From positions 12,954 to 76,953 of IMG/VR virus record IMGVR_UViG_3300047552_001072: a stretch of DNA of 64,000 nt; one strand, given 5' to 3'. Both the position numbers and the translations under genes were made by a program. Source of the stretch: a virus. A model generated the notes under the pieces. It did no database searches. It saw nothing but the letters and a program-made list of their open reading frames with translations, and was not told where the DNA came from. The stretch's first letter is position 1, and every line of letters starts with the position of its first letter. Of this stretch, positions 25,301 through 31,738 are shown one piece after another.

Positions 25301-28300
25301 GATAAAGCTTATGGTATATATTATAATTTAAGATTTGATCTTAAAGGTAAAGACACTATGGGTGACTTCTTAAAATTTGGTAAGAATGTATTTAAGAAAA
25401 TAAAAATAGCTGTAGAATCTGACGAGCAATCTAACTTTCCTGTATTCTATACTAAGATAGGTACTTTAAAAAGAAGAATAGGATTATTCTTTAGAAAAGA
25501 GTTAGCAGAGAAATACTCTACTGCATTAGCTTTTGATAGTTCAATATTATCTAGAGCAGTAGCTGATCCTGACAATACAACTAAAGTATCTATTTCTGAT
25601 AACTACTATAATGATATTAAGACAAAAGACGAACATGGTACTGGGTCTATCATAATGCTATATCCTACAAATGATGGAGCAAGAATGTATAGAAAGTATT
25701 ATATGGTAACTAAGAAATTAACTGATCCTAAAGTTAATGAGTATGGTATTAATGAAATGGAATTCGAGATAACTCCATTAGAAAATAAAGATTATGAACA
25801 ATACATTGACTCTAAAGGAGAAGATTATAAATTAGTTAAAAAAGTATCTAAGGTAGAATTAAATTATAAAGGTACTAAATCTTCTATTACAACTGCAGAT
25901 AGAAATAAATTCTTATCTCTTGAGAATGTATTAAAAGATATACAAGTTAATGGATCTACTGCAGGTAAATTAATGGCTAATTTATTCTTAAGTCCAGAAT
26001 TCTCTTCAGCTGTAAAAGGATTAACAGTTAGAACTATTAATGTAAAAGAGACTGATAAAGGAAATGTAATTGGACATTGGGTTAATAATTATCCTAAAGA
26101 AATTTCTATTGCTGTGCAATACCCAGATGGAACAAGAGTTTCACCAGAAATAATTGAATCAACTATAATACATGAATTAACTCATGCTTTAACTTGGTTT
26201 AATTTACATACTCCTGATAATAAATTATCAAGAGATCAAGTAAGAGCTAAAGCTAACTTACATAAACTATTCAAAGTAGCTTCAGAAGCTATGAAGAAAA
26301 AATATAAAGATGAGTTTAAAGCTGGTGCAGGTAAATTCTATGGATTTACAAATATTGATGAATTTGTTGCAGAAACATTTAGTAATCCTGAGTTCCAGGC
26401 TGAATTAGATTCATTTAAAATTGATACAGGTAAGAAATATTCTTTATTAACTAAATTTGTAGAGTTCTTCAAAAGATTGCTAGGAGTTGTAGAAAATGAT
26501 TCTTTACTATCACAGGTATTAAATAACTCATTCTACTTAATAGATAATCCTATTAATAAAGGTTCTGTAGTTATAGATACTAATGAGATATTCTATAAGA
26601 TAGGTAATTCTAAACCTGCAGAAGTTTCTGGAATAACTAAGAATGTACTAGAACAAAGTAAGTATATAAATGTAGCTACAGACTCTAATGGAGAACAATT
26701 AGACCATTATATTTATTCTATTACAAACAAAGCTTGGAATCGTGTAACTGATAACTATACTGGATTTATTTCTAAGTTTGTTAGTACTACTCCTAAGGAA
26801 AAGGGATTAACTAGTTCTCAATTAAAAGCTGAAGGAGTATTTAAAGGTGTACCTAAAGGAACAGCTATTCCAATTGATGGTATTAAAAAAGATCTTACTA
26901 AAGAAGAATATATACAATATTTAGATGACTTAAATGCTGTAGGTATTGCTAAAGGTAAAGTAATGCATAAGTGGCTAGAGTTATTATCTTGGAATAAATA
27001 CTCTAATAAATCTAAAGAAGATTTAGAAGATGAGTTAGAGGAAGCTTTAGAGAATGCTCCTGTACCAGATGCTGAAACATCTTATGGATGGATTGAACAA
27101 GTTTATGATAAGTTATTAGATAAACTTCAATTAAACTCACATAAGGATAATGTGCCAGAGGATCAAAAAGATAAAATATTCTCTGAGGTAACTATAGGTA
27201 GTCCACTACTTAAATACGCAGGTACTATGGATATGTTAGTAGAGCATAGTGATGGATCTTACTCTATCATAGATTGGAAGACTGGTAGAAGTATTGAAAA
27301 AGAAACACATGATGTTCTTATGAAATACGGTAATCAGTTTAATCATATGTTTGCTGATCCTAAAACCAAGAACCAATTGCAGGTAATGTTTTATGCATTC
27401 ATGATGAAAGTAGAAAATCCAGATGCAATTTTTAGAAATTTAGATATCATGTGGATTCCTAATAAGTATGAGGCTTTAGCATATGATCCTTATAATAAAG
27501 CAAATCATGCTAATTTCTTACGTATGATTGAGCAATACTATAAGTCTGAAGAACCTAGAATATATGAACAAATACTAGAGAAAAGTCCTAACGCATTTAA
27601 TCCTAAACATTATAATGCAACAGACCCTACTTTAGCTGGTAGAATGTTAGCTGAGAATAAAACAGCTGAACAAGTTATTATAGCAACTCAAAATGAATTA
27701 AAATGGAAAATCCAAGCTAAATTGGATAAAAGATTATTAACTCATGATGATATGCAAGAGATTAAGAAATTAACCCTTGAACTAGTTGCATTTGCTAAAC
27801 AAGAAGGATATAATATTCAAAACTGGTCAGATGATATCTCTTATGGTTCTAGATGGTTTGGTATTAATGCAGATGTTAATCATCCTATTGTTAACTTATA
27901 CCAAGCTAGATTAAATGAAGGATTAGATAAAGCTAATTCTGAGTTTACTAGAGATATGGCTAAGTTTAATAGATTAGTTAAAAAAATATCAGAAGATTAC
28001 GTAGCTAGTAAAATGCCTGGTAAAGGATTCTTACGTAAAGCAACACTTAAAAAATATGATCCGTTGACTAATGAATTATATGAACCATTCTATACAACAT
28101 TTACAGAAGATGGTGTAACTTTGGAGAGATTCTTACATAAAAATGAGAAAGATCCTGAAAAGAAAAAAGCTTATGAGGCTTTAACAAAGAATCAAAAAGA
28201 GTTTATAGATTTTGTTAATGAAAGATTTGCATCACCATTTAAAGGAGACTCAGCATTCTTAAATAGAACTGCAGTTAAAGATAAACCTAATATGGTTGGT

Positions 28301-30313
28301 GGTATTGAGATGGGAGTTAAGAATTATTCTGACTTAGAGTTATTTAATCTTAATAAAGATCTAAGAGATAAATTTAATTATTATGAAGGTTTTATTCCTG
28401 TTGTAGCTCCTACAAATCAAGACTTAAAAGAAAGGTTTAAAGGAAGACCAATGGAGTATATTAGAAATTTATTAAATAAATATTTAACTTTCTCTACTGA
28501 ATATGACTACGAACAATGGGGAAATAGAGATGAAGCTCTCCCTATCAAGTATTTAGGTACTAGGTCTCTTCGATCAAATAAAGTATATTCTCGTAATATT
28601 GAGAATATGTTTGATAAGTACATGAGATCAATGTACCATAAAAAATATTTAGATGATGTACATGCTTTAGCTAAAGGTTTACAATACACTATTCAAATGG
28701 CTTCTTATAAAGGAGAGGCTAGTAGAATAAATAAGTATTTAGATGAACATATTTCTATGGAGCTATATCATAAAGGAGAAGAACCATTTGATTTAACTTC
28801 TAACCCAACATTATCTCCTTTTACTGTAACAGATAAAAGAAACCCAAATAGAAAATATGTTAAGAAGATTTCCCCGTTAAAATTATTACAAGCAGCTAGA
28901 TCTTCTGCAGGTGCGGTATTTATGTGGGTAAAACCTCATAAAGCAGCCCAAAATGCTGCGATCGCTAGTATGTTTACTATTAAGGAAGGTTTGATGGGAG
29001 ACTTCATTAAAATGGGTTTAAAAGAGAAAGTTATAGGTACTAATGCTAGTGTAGTAGATTTTACTACTAAAGATTTAATTAAAGCTTCTGGTATTGTTGC
29101 TTCATTTATTGGAGAACAAGTTAAAGGTAATTATCATAACAATAAGTTATGGAGACTATCTCAAGAGTTCAGATTTGATTCTAACGCTTATGATTTAGCT
29201 ACTAATTCAAGATACTTAGAAACGTTAAAAACTCAGTTACTATCTCCTGATGTAGCTTATATGTTACATACTTTACCTGAAGAATATATTTCTAAAGTAA
29301 CAATGGTAGCTCAAATGCTTAATATGAAGTTTACTACAAAAGAAATGAACGGTAAATCTATGTGGGATGCGTATGAGATGAAGGTAAATCCTATTACAGG
29401 AGAAAGTGAATTAACTTATATAGGACCAACTAGAGGATATCTTAAAGTAGGAGATAAGCTTGAAAAGATTGGAGGAATAACATCTAAAGAAGCAGCTAGT
29501 ATGAGACATGTTTATACTAGAATTCAAGGTGGGTATCGTCCAGGAGAAAGAACTTCTTTTGAATTCTATGCTATTGGACAAGCTATTATTCAGTTTAAAA
29601 AACATTTACCACAATTACTTAAAACAAACTTTGGAACATTAAGTTATTCAAATGTACTTGGTAGGTATAAACCAGTACCAGGTAATGATGGTAAAATTGT
29701 TACAGTTAAAGATGAAAAAGGAAATGATATAACTGTACTTGAATGGCAACAACGAATAACAGAGGGTAGATGGATTACTTTAGCTGGTTTTATTGGAGAA
29801 TGGTTAAGACTAAATAGCTTAGTTAAGGGAACTAGATTAGGAAGTTATTTATTAAATAATGAGTCCTATGCTTGGGATAATCTTTCCCCAGAACAGAAAA
29901 AGAATATACTAGAGGCTGGAGCAGTATTATCTTCTCTTATGTCATTCTGGTTATTATATGGGTGGGCCTTTGGAGAAGAAGAAGAAAAAAATTCTTTAAA
30001 ACGTATGGGAGCTTATATTTTAGATACATATTCTCAAAATTATAATCCAGTAGACATGGTTAAGAACATAACTTCTTTCCCATCATCTGCAGCAGGTACT
30101 AGGTTGTATAAAACACTAGATGCTGGTAATGACATGGCGTGGTCTTTATGGGCCTCTACAGGGTATTCACCATTTAATGCACCAGACGATGCTTGGACAA
30201 CTGAGGGAGATTTAAAAGGTTGGAATGAAATTCAAAGAGGTATAAGAGGATTATCTTCTTATTATGAAACAAAAAAATGGTTAGATGATTTAGACTTAGA
30301 AGATTCTGAGTAA
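10370..30313 (+). CDS. Giant virion-associated DNA-dependent RNA polymerase polyprotein (crAss/phi14:2-type two-barrel RNAP plus accessory domains)
   Basis: 6647-aa uninterrupted ORF. RNAP motifs KRMSGVFAPG, TDGQAF, GFRIPSTELHS, HGSDFDVDS (DFDVD at 22943-22957) and DNVKE. SF1-like motifs GPAGAGKT (14552-14575), VIDE, GDPGQ, EVQGMTFD, YTAVSRAR. HELMH at 18455-18469 and HELTH at 26171-26185. GTMD...IIDWKTG at about 27221-27286. Confidence 0.9.
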   Translation: MAGPNKPLPKPEPYLKGRTWIVPRSRVVLDMMEEHGTKDPNDAERWSNLLQRDPAYESDVAPTMREGNEYTAEDFSDLLTTEQKAYGFRGDRSYLEEQRAQDQSNIGRLMSGVGRFIPGTLIKTAQGINTSASWLYDSYNYYLGSGEDTKTRFTGTSTQALDDAQKAVNEFFPVFQRQSYKDSGLLGTLTSSEFWAEDMNEGVQFLASMGLTGNVLTKVLGAGKLGTTGAAVLPAIAEAGVESKGTYEAIKASLPGEKNPRTGKEFTGEEIEQLATEAANRVFNANVALHSVTNGIQLFTLSNSAFTKNIDRIRKDIVAGKTSAETIKAGRSALANGSLAAISEGFGEENIQTSISMFEEDLAKEGISEFDGTGYFNKWLDGVVGFGKAALGQDISQDQKEQMKAILAGSLIGGAPGAVSGYKEAGKQKVLYETLNEDFKRFVKDHDIAGKNFFGDRNSVYKQFETEVDELDSEGKPTGKKVIKKGIINPITNEPEIDLDVARKMWYQTVWDKKVFDRQIALTMDGDSRLGTFNKHIALAGLAYQYDKLYTSDGWSKVGEKALEERLNKEPNQELTEDERKELTQMKSQVKSYQDLWKTINSKYTSKDELSTDKEVAGFAKHFKDVMFYEHVKLRAYEDMKTNQNLSKKDLESLDTMIEDTQNFIEKLENERSSFKEFYTQQLNPVLGQVEKIQALQSQIDKSEDPQRTVELMNEKLNEEFILGETQYINSEFNTATTSTARQDASKLKFGSRDNVLYEMGMSYKTELDIKERVEDLQSLKETLDKSKAENGYDQQLEDDYSKKQADLLNFFSSKKGVVNEETANLVQQVIEEINSDNKLLSEQINELKNNYQNSINEIARIEETSDVDKGAADRINDTLDSLYDTLAPIADQNEEVSRILELNSDATQRNKQDMLSALAQAIQDNGETNPDELENALDSAIDRAGGEYIQDSLDKKFEYLSQLLEQEATIDPETNRQIQVEVAKQNTLDQEIQSKEKQLQAKQALTKDSINRAYTNLDKGVNNRDNIIRDKVSSRLHKNNSYGRIDHSLRIEYTENYLDQVDAQQQAYEADKSFYNELDTLNKLKSTLLSAEAVWVSRAEVVWSSPENNSIVKSIEEALDKLDQLIAVSKENAGTREKMLKEFETKEADQLLDSIGLNPDSSVKDDLMFSMILEVVPNATEIIDAAKSNIEKSAAVRVVIDLFKMNSSDVQKERIKEKLENDRKVKVAQIEKELSIQEVLSSQAYYTTPVGLFRDVLMAKAIEILKVKYTGEKEGKNPLFIFAETADLNELEKNISNSKELNNSDKDQINTLIRLHKEYLSIFNTVTLFNSSDLFYKNHEQETKILNELSDKKIFEVPTSEQLPIIRTLLRFLKIPVSGQDRGSLSSMWSFLAGPAGAGKTRIVLSWLSKLYGVPKEKIYAFSHNDSTSQGIADSINGKKGSASEFMTTLELDKFDLIVIDELPFFMNPQIKEFEQRVFEHNKTRKDNPLRVVALGDPGQIRKDRGATISTHSVLTNMNYSDPLVLTFRSNVPSIVNLMNQFRRRTSIVSGLKVQSNVIFGTKFDTKEPTIGVHAGKVKDELIAALNANKDSGRSKVIVVNTQEDKLKYTSAVEKTPVLTYDEVQGMTFDEVYVDLQRTGKDLRGEVFSNKKNDLEFNTAMYTAVSRARNYVFVLDPTMENLFPDKALAVDTNKLSEQSRDNFEKLGHRLDTERQLISKYIKEYKPEDIKKEKPKDEKHLDTGDNIEIEEDPDGEITPELGVDPVETIGVKQSDTDPDSDLMTQEEEIRDIKEEAKGDNVKGTIITPPILDDTVIDKDGNFFYKILYPTNSQLKKNPKTKVPDVLPQGVTLSNGVITDSSPVVMAVTYDGSILVLGQVQQNGVFTNRWKQLGVISEKDKESTFYQKFARDNEYKATKNGDYIRYNEDTGELMNISPVYDSNGRYVSNGGNNAFILSGTIIESNPVTYTFKEEPTHKGFINEVLDKFRKGFNVKGVKYSIKIYDRKTLADDTEVQASGFRPKPGVPYLVISNPKGDGQVETRTQFIRLTPRKLNKGDISENGFLHPLRKLYEAVRELGTQIYPDNPNKVLGNTVVNSLIMKMANAKDNKGERAFQLNEDGKVILNRHIYTYKDYLDGVSKGYKEFVGEGADKISEEQFDKIKLAAEKIIPLYYGKRYKKVELTFDTIEEATQYAESIKDSGKILFKAKIDEDSKHPDNLYYVKHVKQSKNDKDVFDVEMYLAAGAGEAQKVMNQLAQANTQFKFRKIVTKDKKKIATSKSIMSTSLSKEAYRNSLAKILEDVYKDKQTKNGEAIDQKVINKLRGGSLKYLENYIQKRGIDRASLDVLMNEEAIHPITLADLETVVGDTAFKDNEHRFVEGGYLALPLGMISVNYHGANLDKQESVDKIESMMGSKLDEVKGGTVVIGKIGDTISTKKEIVEEKPLQETSFRSSEREITEYDNSIERLTNNINEVNSTEDEGELSNKFSQYEKELNELRDIDTITYNEILELQNQGKNKEALDQLLNSIKNLRENEVVVDLEPEVIQESELTQEEFVYDDNKYFIKDNKFYREDSLLDSIEEITEEEYNAAKIDKDRRYFTVEDTQDLGKELTIDEAVKVAKKILPKLKIGNQSWLKAKLFSFLNIPISNEVELKFLDKLEFEAISGRKDSLGIYIDGTIYLLKDNKGGIREGVLRHELMHKVYWEYLTARDRSAIRRSARRSDPSTEKMSTVEFEEWLSNRFMSYKDNQFNEQGRIKQFFSNIYRLLKFITGNVTEINDLFNLVDKGYYRKNMADFSRSIRRNYVDIKNNFESAAIFKESVFAVQSHFSSLLDINPKDPNKKVYTYNEAYHATKDSMLNLKNRKEKDLVKYNEALQKAITDNDADKQQKILAAIEKLEKDLVVFRTLFDGKSNKNYDIVTLYLFPDGFTKQHYSSIKRKISEEDINDIIELDSETLSDDLEIVNLNDVIAESKHIDNEAKQSSAVKLLLSNIKDPATGEWIIPRVAFAKCLKFMESISFEVEVIKDKTGAIRKVGFLQRFKESIAKSAGLDSKADISGAGAIYLVYKKIKEYYESALMPEYNDYNGTTFTQKRRLPKGIFFLNPDVLIVARDFTEDVDYKGLTYDQLNAKVVQGKVFVFHRKDAEQLLIKNSLEADKKKVNVSTEKVVEAFEAIIRSKINQGLIKGFPENANNLARISMIREAWRSEQSKNALAEFYSLFSSMMEDHMMLAKYDVFENRTTYIRAGANSNSLSVKSDIEQGIISKITLIAEGLKGDYQKAYKAFIGGTPGKGHMTWSEIESKLSSTSSSDAVQGIKDFLNFIGIVINANELSLKDPFKTAEDIKFFVEEHMSTVGTFKPAPINSIPKEEKDALSDDEIAELSVQQEITIYDVIEEQGSLIGRLATDISSSTRWVRPNSVKDSSKNTVFLFHNSTQANDTLIAVAKVFKERFKGGGGTLRNVKLPEYLKHKIYTKGNIFAKGINHIHDTYEHDGTIDVVNDKATSYMRESKSKFFSRVLNASMAFMINGSREGNPRYIQWVYTISNKPRITGAGVDFLSPKQIKEALGTYLIKVSLRPDLSNLIKNHKKYKNTNFEILDTVLGGNSNMADAISKAVINETLTKYGEELVNEMYDELTKLSREFAEELAYDQFKFDARFMKAHKKLKAEGKLDSNIPGTLKVDHKDEVKNFDASRKYNHTVDEIHGTVDMMFKNMYVNSYFLVDLLAGDASFFSNALDLVKRMSGVFAPGMKGLVHPELGMKKKYRTACISDIVEGKDSIAESVSMMLLNKPYTELNSDQLKEVDKILALFGSSYKPTDGQAFMLPEMAAEIEKGFGRAFKAGHIFKAAHYENATKKITDPDGNEIEVLIPVMDKYSIVNLSDDLCNRFPLLGNLRRNMRMNGKGQEPIYLVTFASARKVGGPVKPTDSKQLLQDNGTFTKDSIIELSFENLRMQSNPDHITFDSEKGVANPSQLGYMILLQQHLLAEGDRTAKVIHEYTAKLIEKGLGKFKRRITDEDGKLSLTKLSKYIFEAMSGKGNERYQELLGEGVSFQAPYIVNKALTQIAADVTKSSVGFRLPGEKLILQTDFGIEVNKKNKALREKLKFNQSEDKGHLEAEVIFPEGVLPREVEDSIKEMLKTGKRFFTTSDMLGFRIPSTELHSAVAIKIAGFYDSRGTNAIIAPKELVVLHGSDFDVDSLFMLVRSFYKPEEAELFGYEASSPIGYELVNKEYHPIAKDKFEKIISELKEQYKEDKKKLKLIDKVEDKYYTNVITQGFIDMILKPENRSRMVEPISMEIFNGDGEDTMFTMLKDLQQRRYKHIHGDKATKEGIEEAGEVQQRPDLSNPSGNYKVFKSSMDGAALVGVFANGFKSLAYMLNSGDYGNNTVAVKKELKKLKEAKKVQETLLSNVNEELRKLDPSTNPESVKQREKKRDELLSILKETERTIEELTAKSKTSKDEKSTTPFLNVPAIKLGGKIFDRIREFEVGKDGWPVWRTLDALVNSAIDNVKEQILPTINASGLTSNAYVALIGLGVPLRTTVLLMRQPAIEQMSSTGFKTSEINKKKEALEEMFKAISQEDLELLPIYAQQEQLTDLDLEDAFIKDLIDFRAYDNGDMDKAFKDVIDPEHSIVRQYAILLEVEKAMNIGEDISTMSSALNIIRQFPSNKADMSTTQEKWEEMFDFKEDEVKMRDSFSFDIPALFNNNPHIKLAYEAFKYLVDSIETMFLKHDKALTKLATEIVKTSNMSIGTKNETIETVKSDFVKFIASGIPLMEKINLRLTKEYRTATGVKDYTTGAEAWSQAFLDKLEDVKLFLKAHNISNGFIENIAIRPGRFDTRYAQFTAGNNLKLEDFLLFQEDFVKLNRVNIDDKGNITYSYTPNVGYTEFQQDFVRYAILNFGLQFGSTNYSTSLPPDIVKPYMDELDAELKEALTKLDVYKELFEVQEVIERGNNVGETRKKPTRVEVAQGTWRSAAYDKAYGIYYNLRFDLKGKDTMGDFLKFGKNVFKKIKIAVESDEQSNFPVFYTKIGTLKRRIGLFFRKELAEKYSTALAFDSSILSRAVADPDNTTKVSISDNYYNDIKTKDEHGTGSIIMLYPTNDGARMYRKYYMVTKKLTDPKVNEYGINEMEFEITPLENKDYEQYIDSKGEDYKLVKKVSKVELNYKGTKSSITTADRNKFLSLENVLKDIQVNGSTAGKLMANLFLSPEFSSAVKGLTVRTINVKETDKGNVIGHWVNNYPKEISIAVQYPDGTRVSPEIIESTIIHELTHALTWFNLHTPDNKLSRDQVRAKANLHKLFKVASEAMKKKYKDEFKAGAGKFYGFTNIDEFVAETFSNPEFQAELDSFKIDTGKKYSLLTKFVEFFKRLLGVVENDSLLSQVLNNSFYLIDNPINKGSVVIDTNEIFYKIGNSKPAEVSGITKNVLEQSKYINVATDSNGEQLDHYIYSITNKAWNRVTDNYTGFISKFVSTTPKEKGLTSSQLKAEGVFKGVPKGTAIPIDGIKKDLTKEEYIQYLDDLNAVGIAKGKVMHKWLELLSWNKYSNKSKEDLEDELEEALENAPVPDAETSYGWIEQVYDKLLDKLQLNSHKDNVPEDQKDKIFSEVTIGSPLLKYAGTMDMLVEHSDGSYSIIDWKTGRSIEKETHDVLMKYGNQFNHMFADPKTKNQLQVMFYAFMMKVENPDAIFRNLDIMWIPNKYEALAYDPYNKANHANFLRMIEQYYKSEEPRIYEQILEKSPNAFNPKHYNATDPTLAGRMLAENKTAEQVIIATQNELKWKIQAKLDKRLLTHDDMQEIKKLTLELVAFAKQEGYNIQNWSDDISYGSRWFGINADVNHPIVNLYQARLNEGLDKANSEFTRDMAKFNRLVKKISEDYVASKMPGKGFLRKATLKKYDPLTNELYEPFYTTFTEDGVTLERFLHKNEKDPEKKKAYEALTKNQKEFIDFVNERFASPFKGDSAFLNRTAVKDKPNMVGGIEMGVKNYSDLELFNLNKDLRDKFNYYEGFIPVVAPTNQDLKERFKGRPMEYIRNLLNKYLTFSTEYDYEQWGNRDEALPIKYLGTRSLRSNKVYSRNIENMFDKYMRSMYHKKYLDDVHALAKGLQYTIQMASYKGEASRINKYLDEHISMELYHKGEEPFDLTSNPTLSPFTVTDKRNPNRKYVKKISPLKLLQAARSSAGAVFMWVKPHKAAQNAAIASMFTIKEGLMGDFIKMGLKEKVIGTNASVVDFTTKDLIKASGIVASFIGEQVKGNYHNNKLWRLSQEFRFDSNAYDLATNSRYLETLKTQLLSPDVAYMLHTLPEEYISKVTMVAQMLNMKFTTKEMNGKSMWDAYEMKVNPITGESELTYIGPTRGYLKVGDKLEKIGGITSKEAASMRHVYTRIQGGYRPGERTSFEFYAIGQAIIQFKKHLPQLLKTNFGTLSYSNVLGRYKPVPGNDGKIVTVKDEKGNDITVLEWQQRITEGRWITLAGFIGEWLRLNSLVKGTRLGSYLLNNESYAWDNLSPEQKKNILEAGAVLSSLMSFWLLYGWAFGEEEEKNSLKRMGAYILDTYSQNYNPVDMVKNITSFPSSAAGTRLYKTLDAGNDMAWSLWASTGYSPFNAPDDAWTTEGDLKGWNEIQRGIRGLSSYYETKKWLDDLDLEDSE

Positions 30314-30319
30314 TAATCC

Positions 30320-30369
30320 AAAAGGAAAAAGGGGGTAGATCACAAGATCTTATCCCCTCTTTTCTTTTT
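30320..30369. terminator. Bidirectional intrinsic terminator between convergent genome arms
   Basis: AAAAGGAAAAAGGGGGTAGATC-ACAA-GATCTTATCCCCTCTTTTCTTTT is an imperfect inverted repeat with an A-tract on one side and a T-tract on the other, located at the strand switch. Confidence 0.85.
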
Positions 30370-30370
30370 A

Positions 30371-30501
30371 CTATTTACCTAGAATTTCCATAAACTTTGC
30401 ATAGGTATTAGGCCAAAAGTCTTTAATCATTTCGTGAAATGAAGTTGGACTATTAGCATCACAAAGTCTATCGATTACTTTTTTTCTTGTTCTTCTTGCA
30501 T
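30371..30501 (-). CDS. Possible 43-aa protein that needs a -1 frameshift (or a 1-nt homopolymer error)
   Basis: ATG CAA GAA GAA CAA GAA AAA AAG TAA. The -1 frame continues VIDRLCDANSPTSFHEMIKDFWPNTYAKFMEILGK* up to the terminator. Confidence 0.4.
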
Positions 30502-30506
30502 AATTT

Positions 30507-30674
30507 TTAGTCTAAAAATTCGTAAACTTTATTTTTTCCGTAAAACAATCCTTTTCTATACCACTTAGGAACTTCATTTTCAAACTGTACCTTATAAAAA
30601 CCAGGAATATCCGCAATAATTTTCATATTAAGAATAAATCCTGTTCTAATTACTCTAACTCTTACGTGTTTCAT
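30507..30674 (-). CDS. Small hypothetical protein (55 aa), below the ORF-track length cutoff
   Basis: My translation is MKHVRVRVIRTGFILNMKIIADIPGFYKVQFENEVPKWYRKGLFYGKNKVYEFLD*. It overlaps the end of the upstream gene and fills the gap. Confidence 0.6.
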   Translation of the reverse strand: MKHVRVRVIRTGFILNMKIIADIPGFYKVQFENEVPKWYRKGLFYGKNKVYEFLD

Positions 30675-31419
30675 CTAGAATAGGCCTTATAATACTATCA
30701 GCTTCTTCAGAAGTAAGAGCTCTGAATTTGTTAGGATCTGTAATATAATTAACAGTTCTATTATAAATTCCTTTTCCAATAGGATCCAAACAAACCATAG
30801 GGTACTGTAGTGCTATTGGGTGAGTACTTGAGGCACTGGTCACAAATACATTACTAGTATTATAAGAATTAGTAACATTAGTACTACGTTCTCCAGTATT
30901 AGTTAATTTAGTATAGTATATAATTTCATCTACAGCATATCTTACTTGTGAATGAGTAATATTAAGATGCTGTATTGGACAATCCCTACCAGTAGATAAC
31001 ATAAAAAGTTTTTCTGCGTTTTGGTTTGGATACGAAATAATACTTATAAAACAATTAAATATTGCGTTTATATATAATTTCTTTTCTATTCTACAAAACT
31101 TTTTTACTTTTTGTGGACCATACTGACTAGAGTAAGAATCTTCATAACACATAAATATATGTCCTTTAGAGTCTTCTTCTACATTTTCAATTCTCTTTAA
31201 AATAAGAGCATACATATGTTTGAAAAATTCTTTACAGCATTCTAAAAGTAATGGAGAAGCTGATAATTCTTTGCTAAATATTGTATATTTACCATTATGT
31301 AAACTTTTAGTAGAAGCAAAAATAGCTTTATAATCATTCTTGATAGTTTCTATTTTATCAATAAGAGCTTCTTCACTAAGATTATAAAGTTCTTGTATTT
31401 CTTTATTTTTTATTTCCAT
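30655..31419 (-). CDS. Hypothetical protein (254 aa)
   Basis: Long ORF in a tightly packed operon; no motif recognised. Confidence 0.7.
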   Translation of the reverse strand: MEIKNKEIQELYNLSEEALIDKIETIKNDYKAIFASTKSLHNGKYTIFSKELSASPLLLECCKEFFKHMYALILKRIENVEEDSKGHIFMCYEDSYSSQYGPQKVKKFCRIEKKLYINAIFNCFISIISYPNQNAEKLFMLSTGRDCPIQHLNITHSQVRYAVDEIIYYTKLTNTGERSTNVTNSYNTSNVFVTSASSTHPIALQYPMVCLDPIGKGIYNRTVNYITDPNKFRALTSEEADSIIRPILDETRKS

Positions 31420-31738
31420 TTTCTTTTAGTGTGGGAATTATACGCAAGTCCATCTGGTCTAATCTTAGCGTATCGCCAAGTCCAAATACTGTATTTGTAC
31501 CAATCCACACCCCACTTTTAATAAGATACATAAATTTATATGTACCATTATCTGGCAAATACTTTCCCATCATAACTACAGTACTTCCGTTTGTGTAGTT
31601 AAAATCTATAATCTCTTCCTCAGGCATAGCTGAGTATTCAAGTGTTTCAACAGTTCTAATCGAGTCTTTGTTGAAAGGATTTTTGTTGCAAGATACTACT
31701 AACAACAAAAAAATCATACTAAATAATTTCCAGTACAT
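31403..31738 (-). CDS. Putative lipoprotein (111 aa)
   Basis: Signal peptide with lipobox-like MYWKLFSMIFLLLVVSC. Confidence 0.6.
   Translation of the reverse strand: MYWKLFSMIFLLLVVSCNKNPFNKDSIRTVETLEYSAMPEEEIIDFNYTNGSTVVMMGKYLPDNGTYKFMYLIKSGVWIGTNTVFGLGDTLRLDQMDLRIIPTLKENGNKK

Noticed and set aside
3565-29605. Short antisense or alternative-frame ORFs inside the + strand genes (e.g. 3565-3753, 6975-7181, 7212-7523, 19165-19449, 24133-24495)
   Set aside because: They are fully nested in long genes and have the Ser/Leu/Phe-rich composition typical of shadow ORFs.
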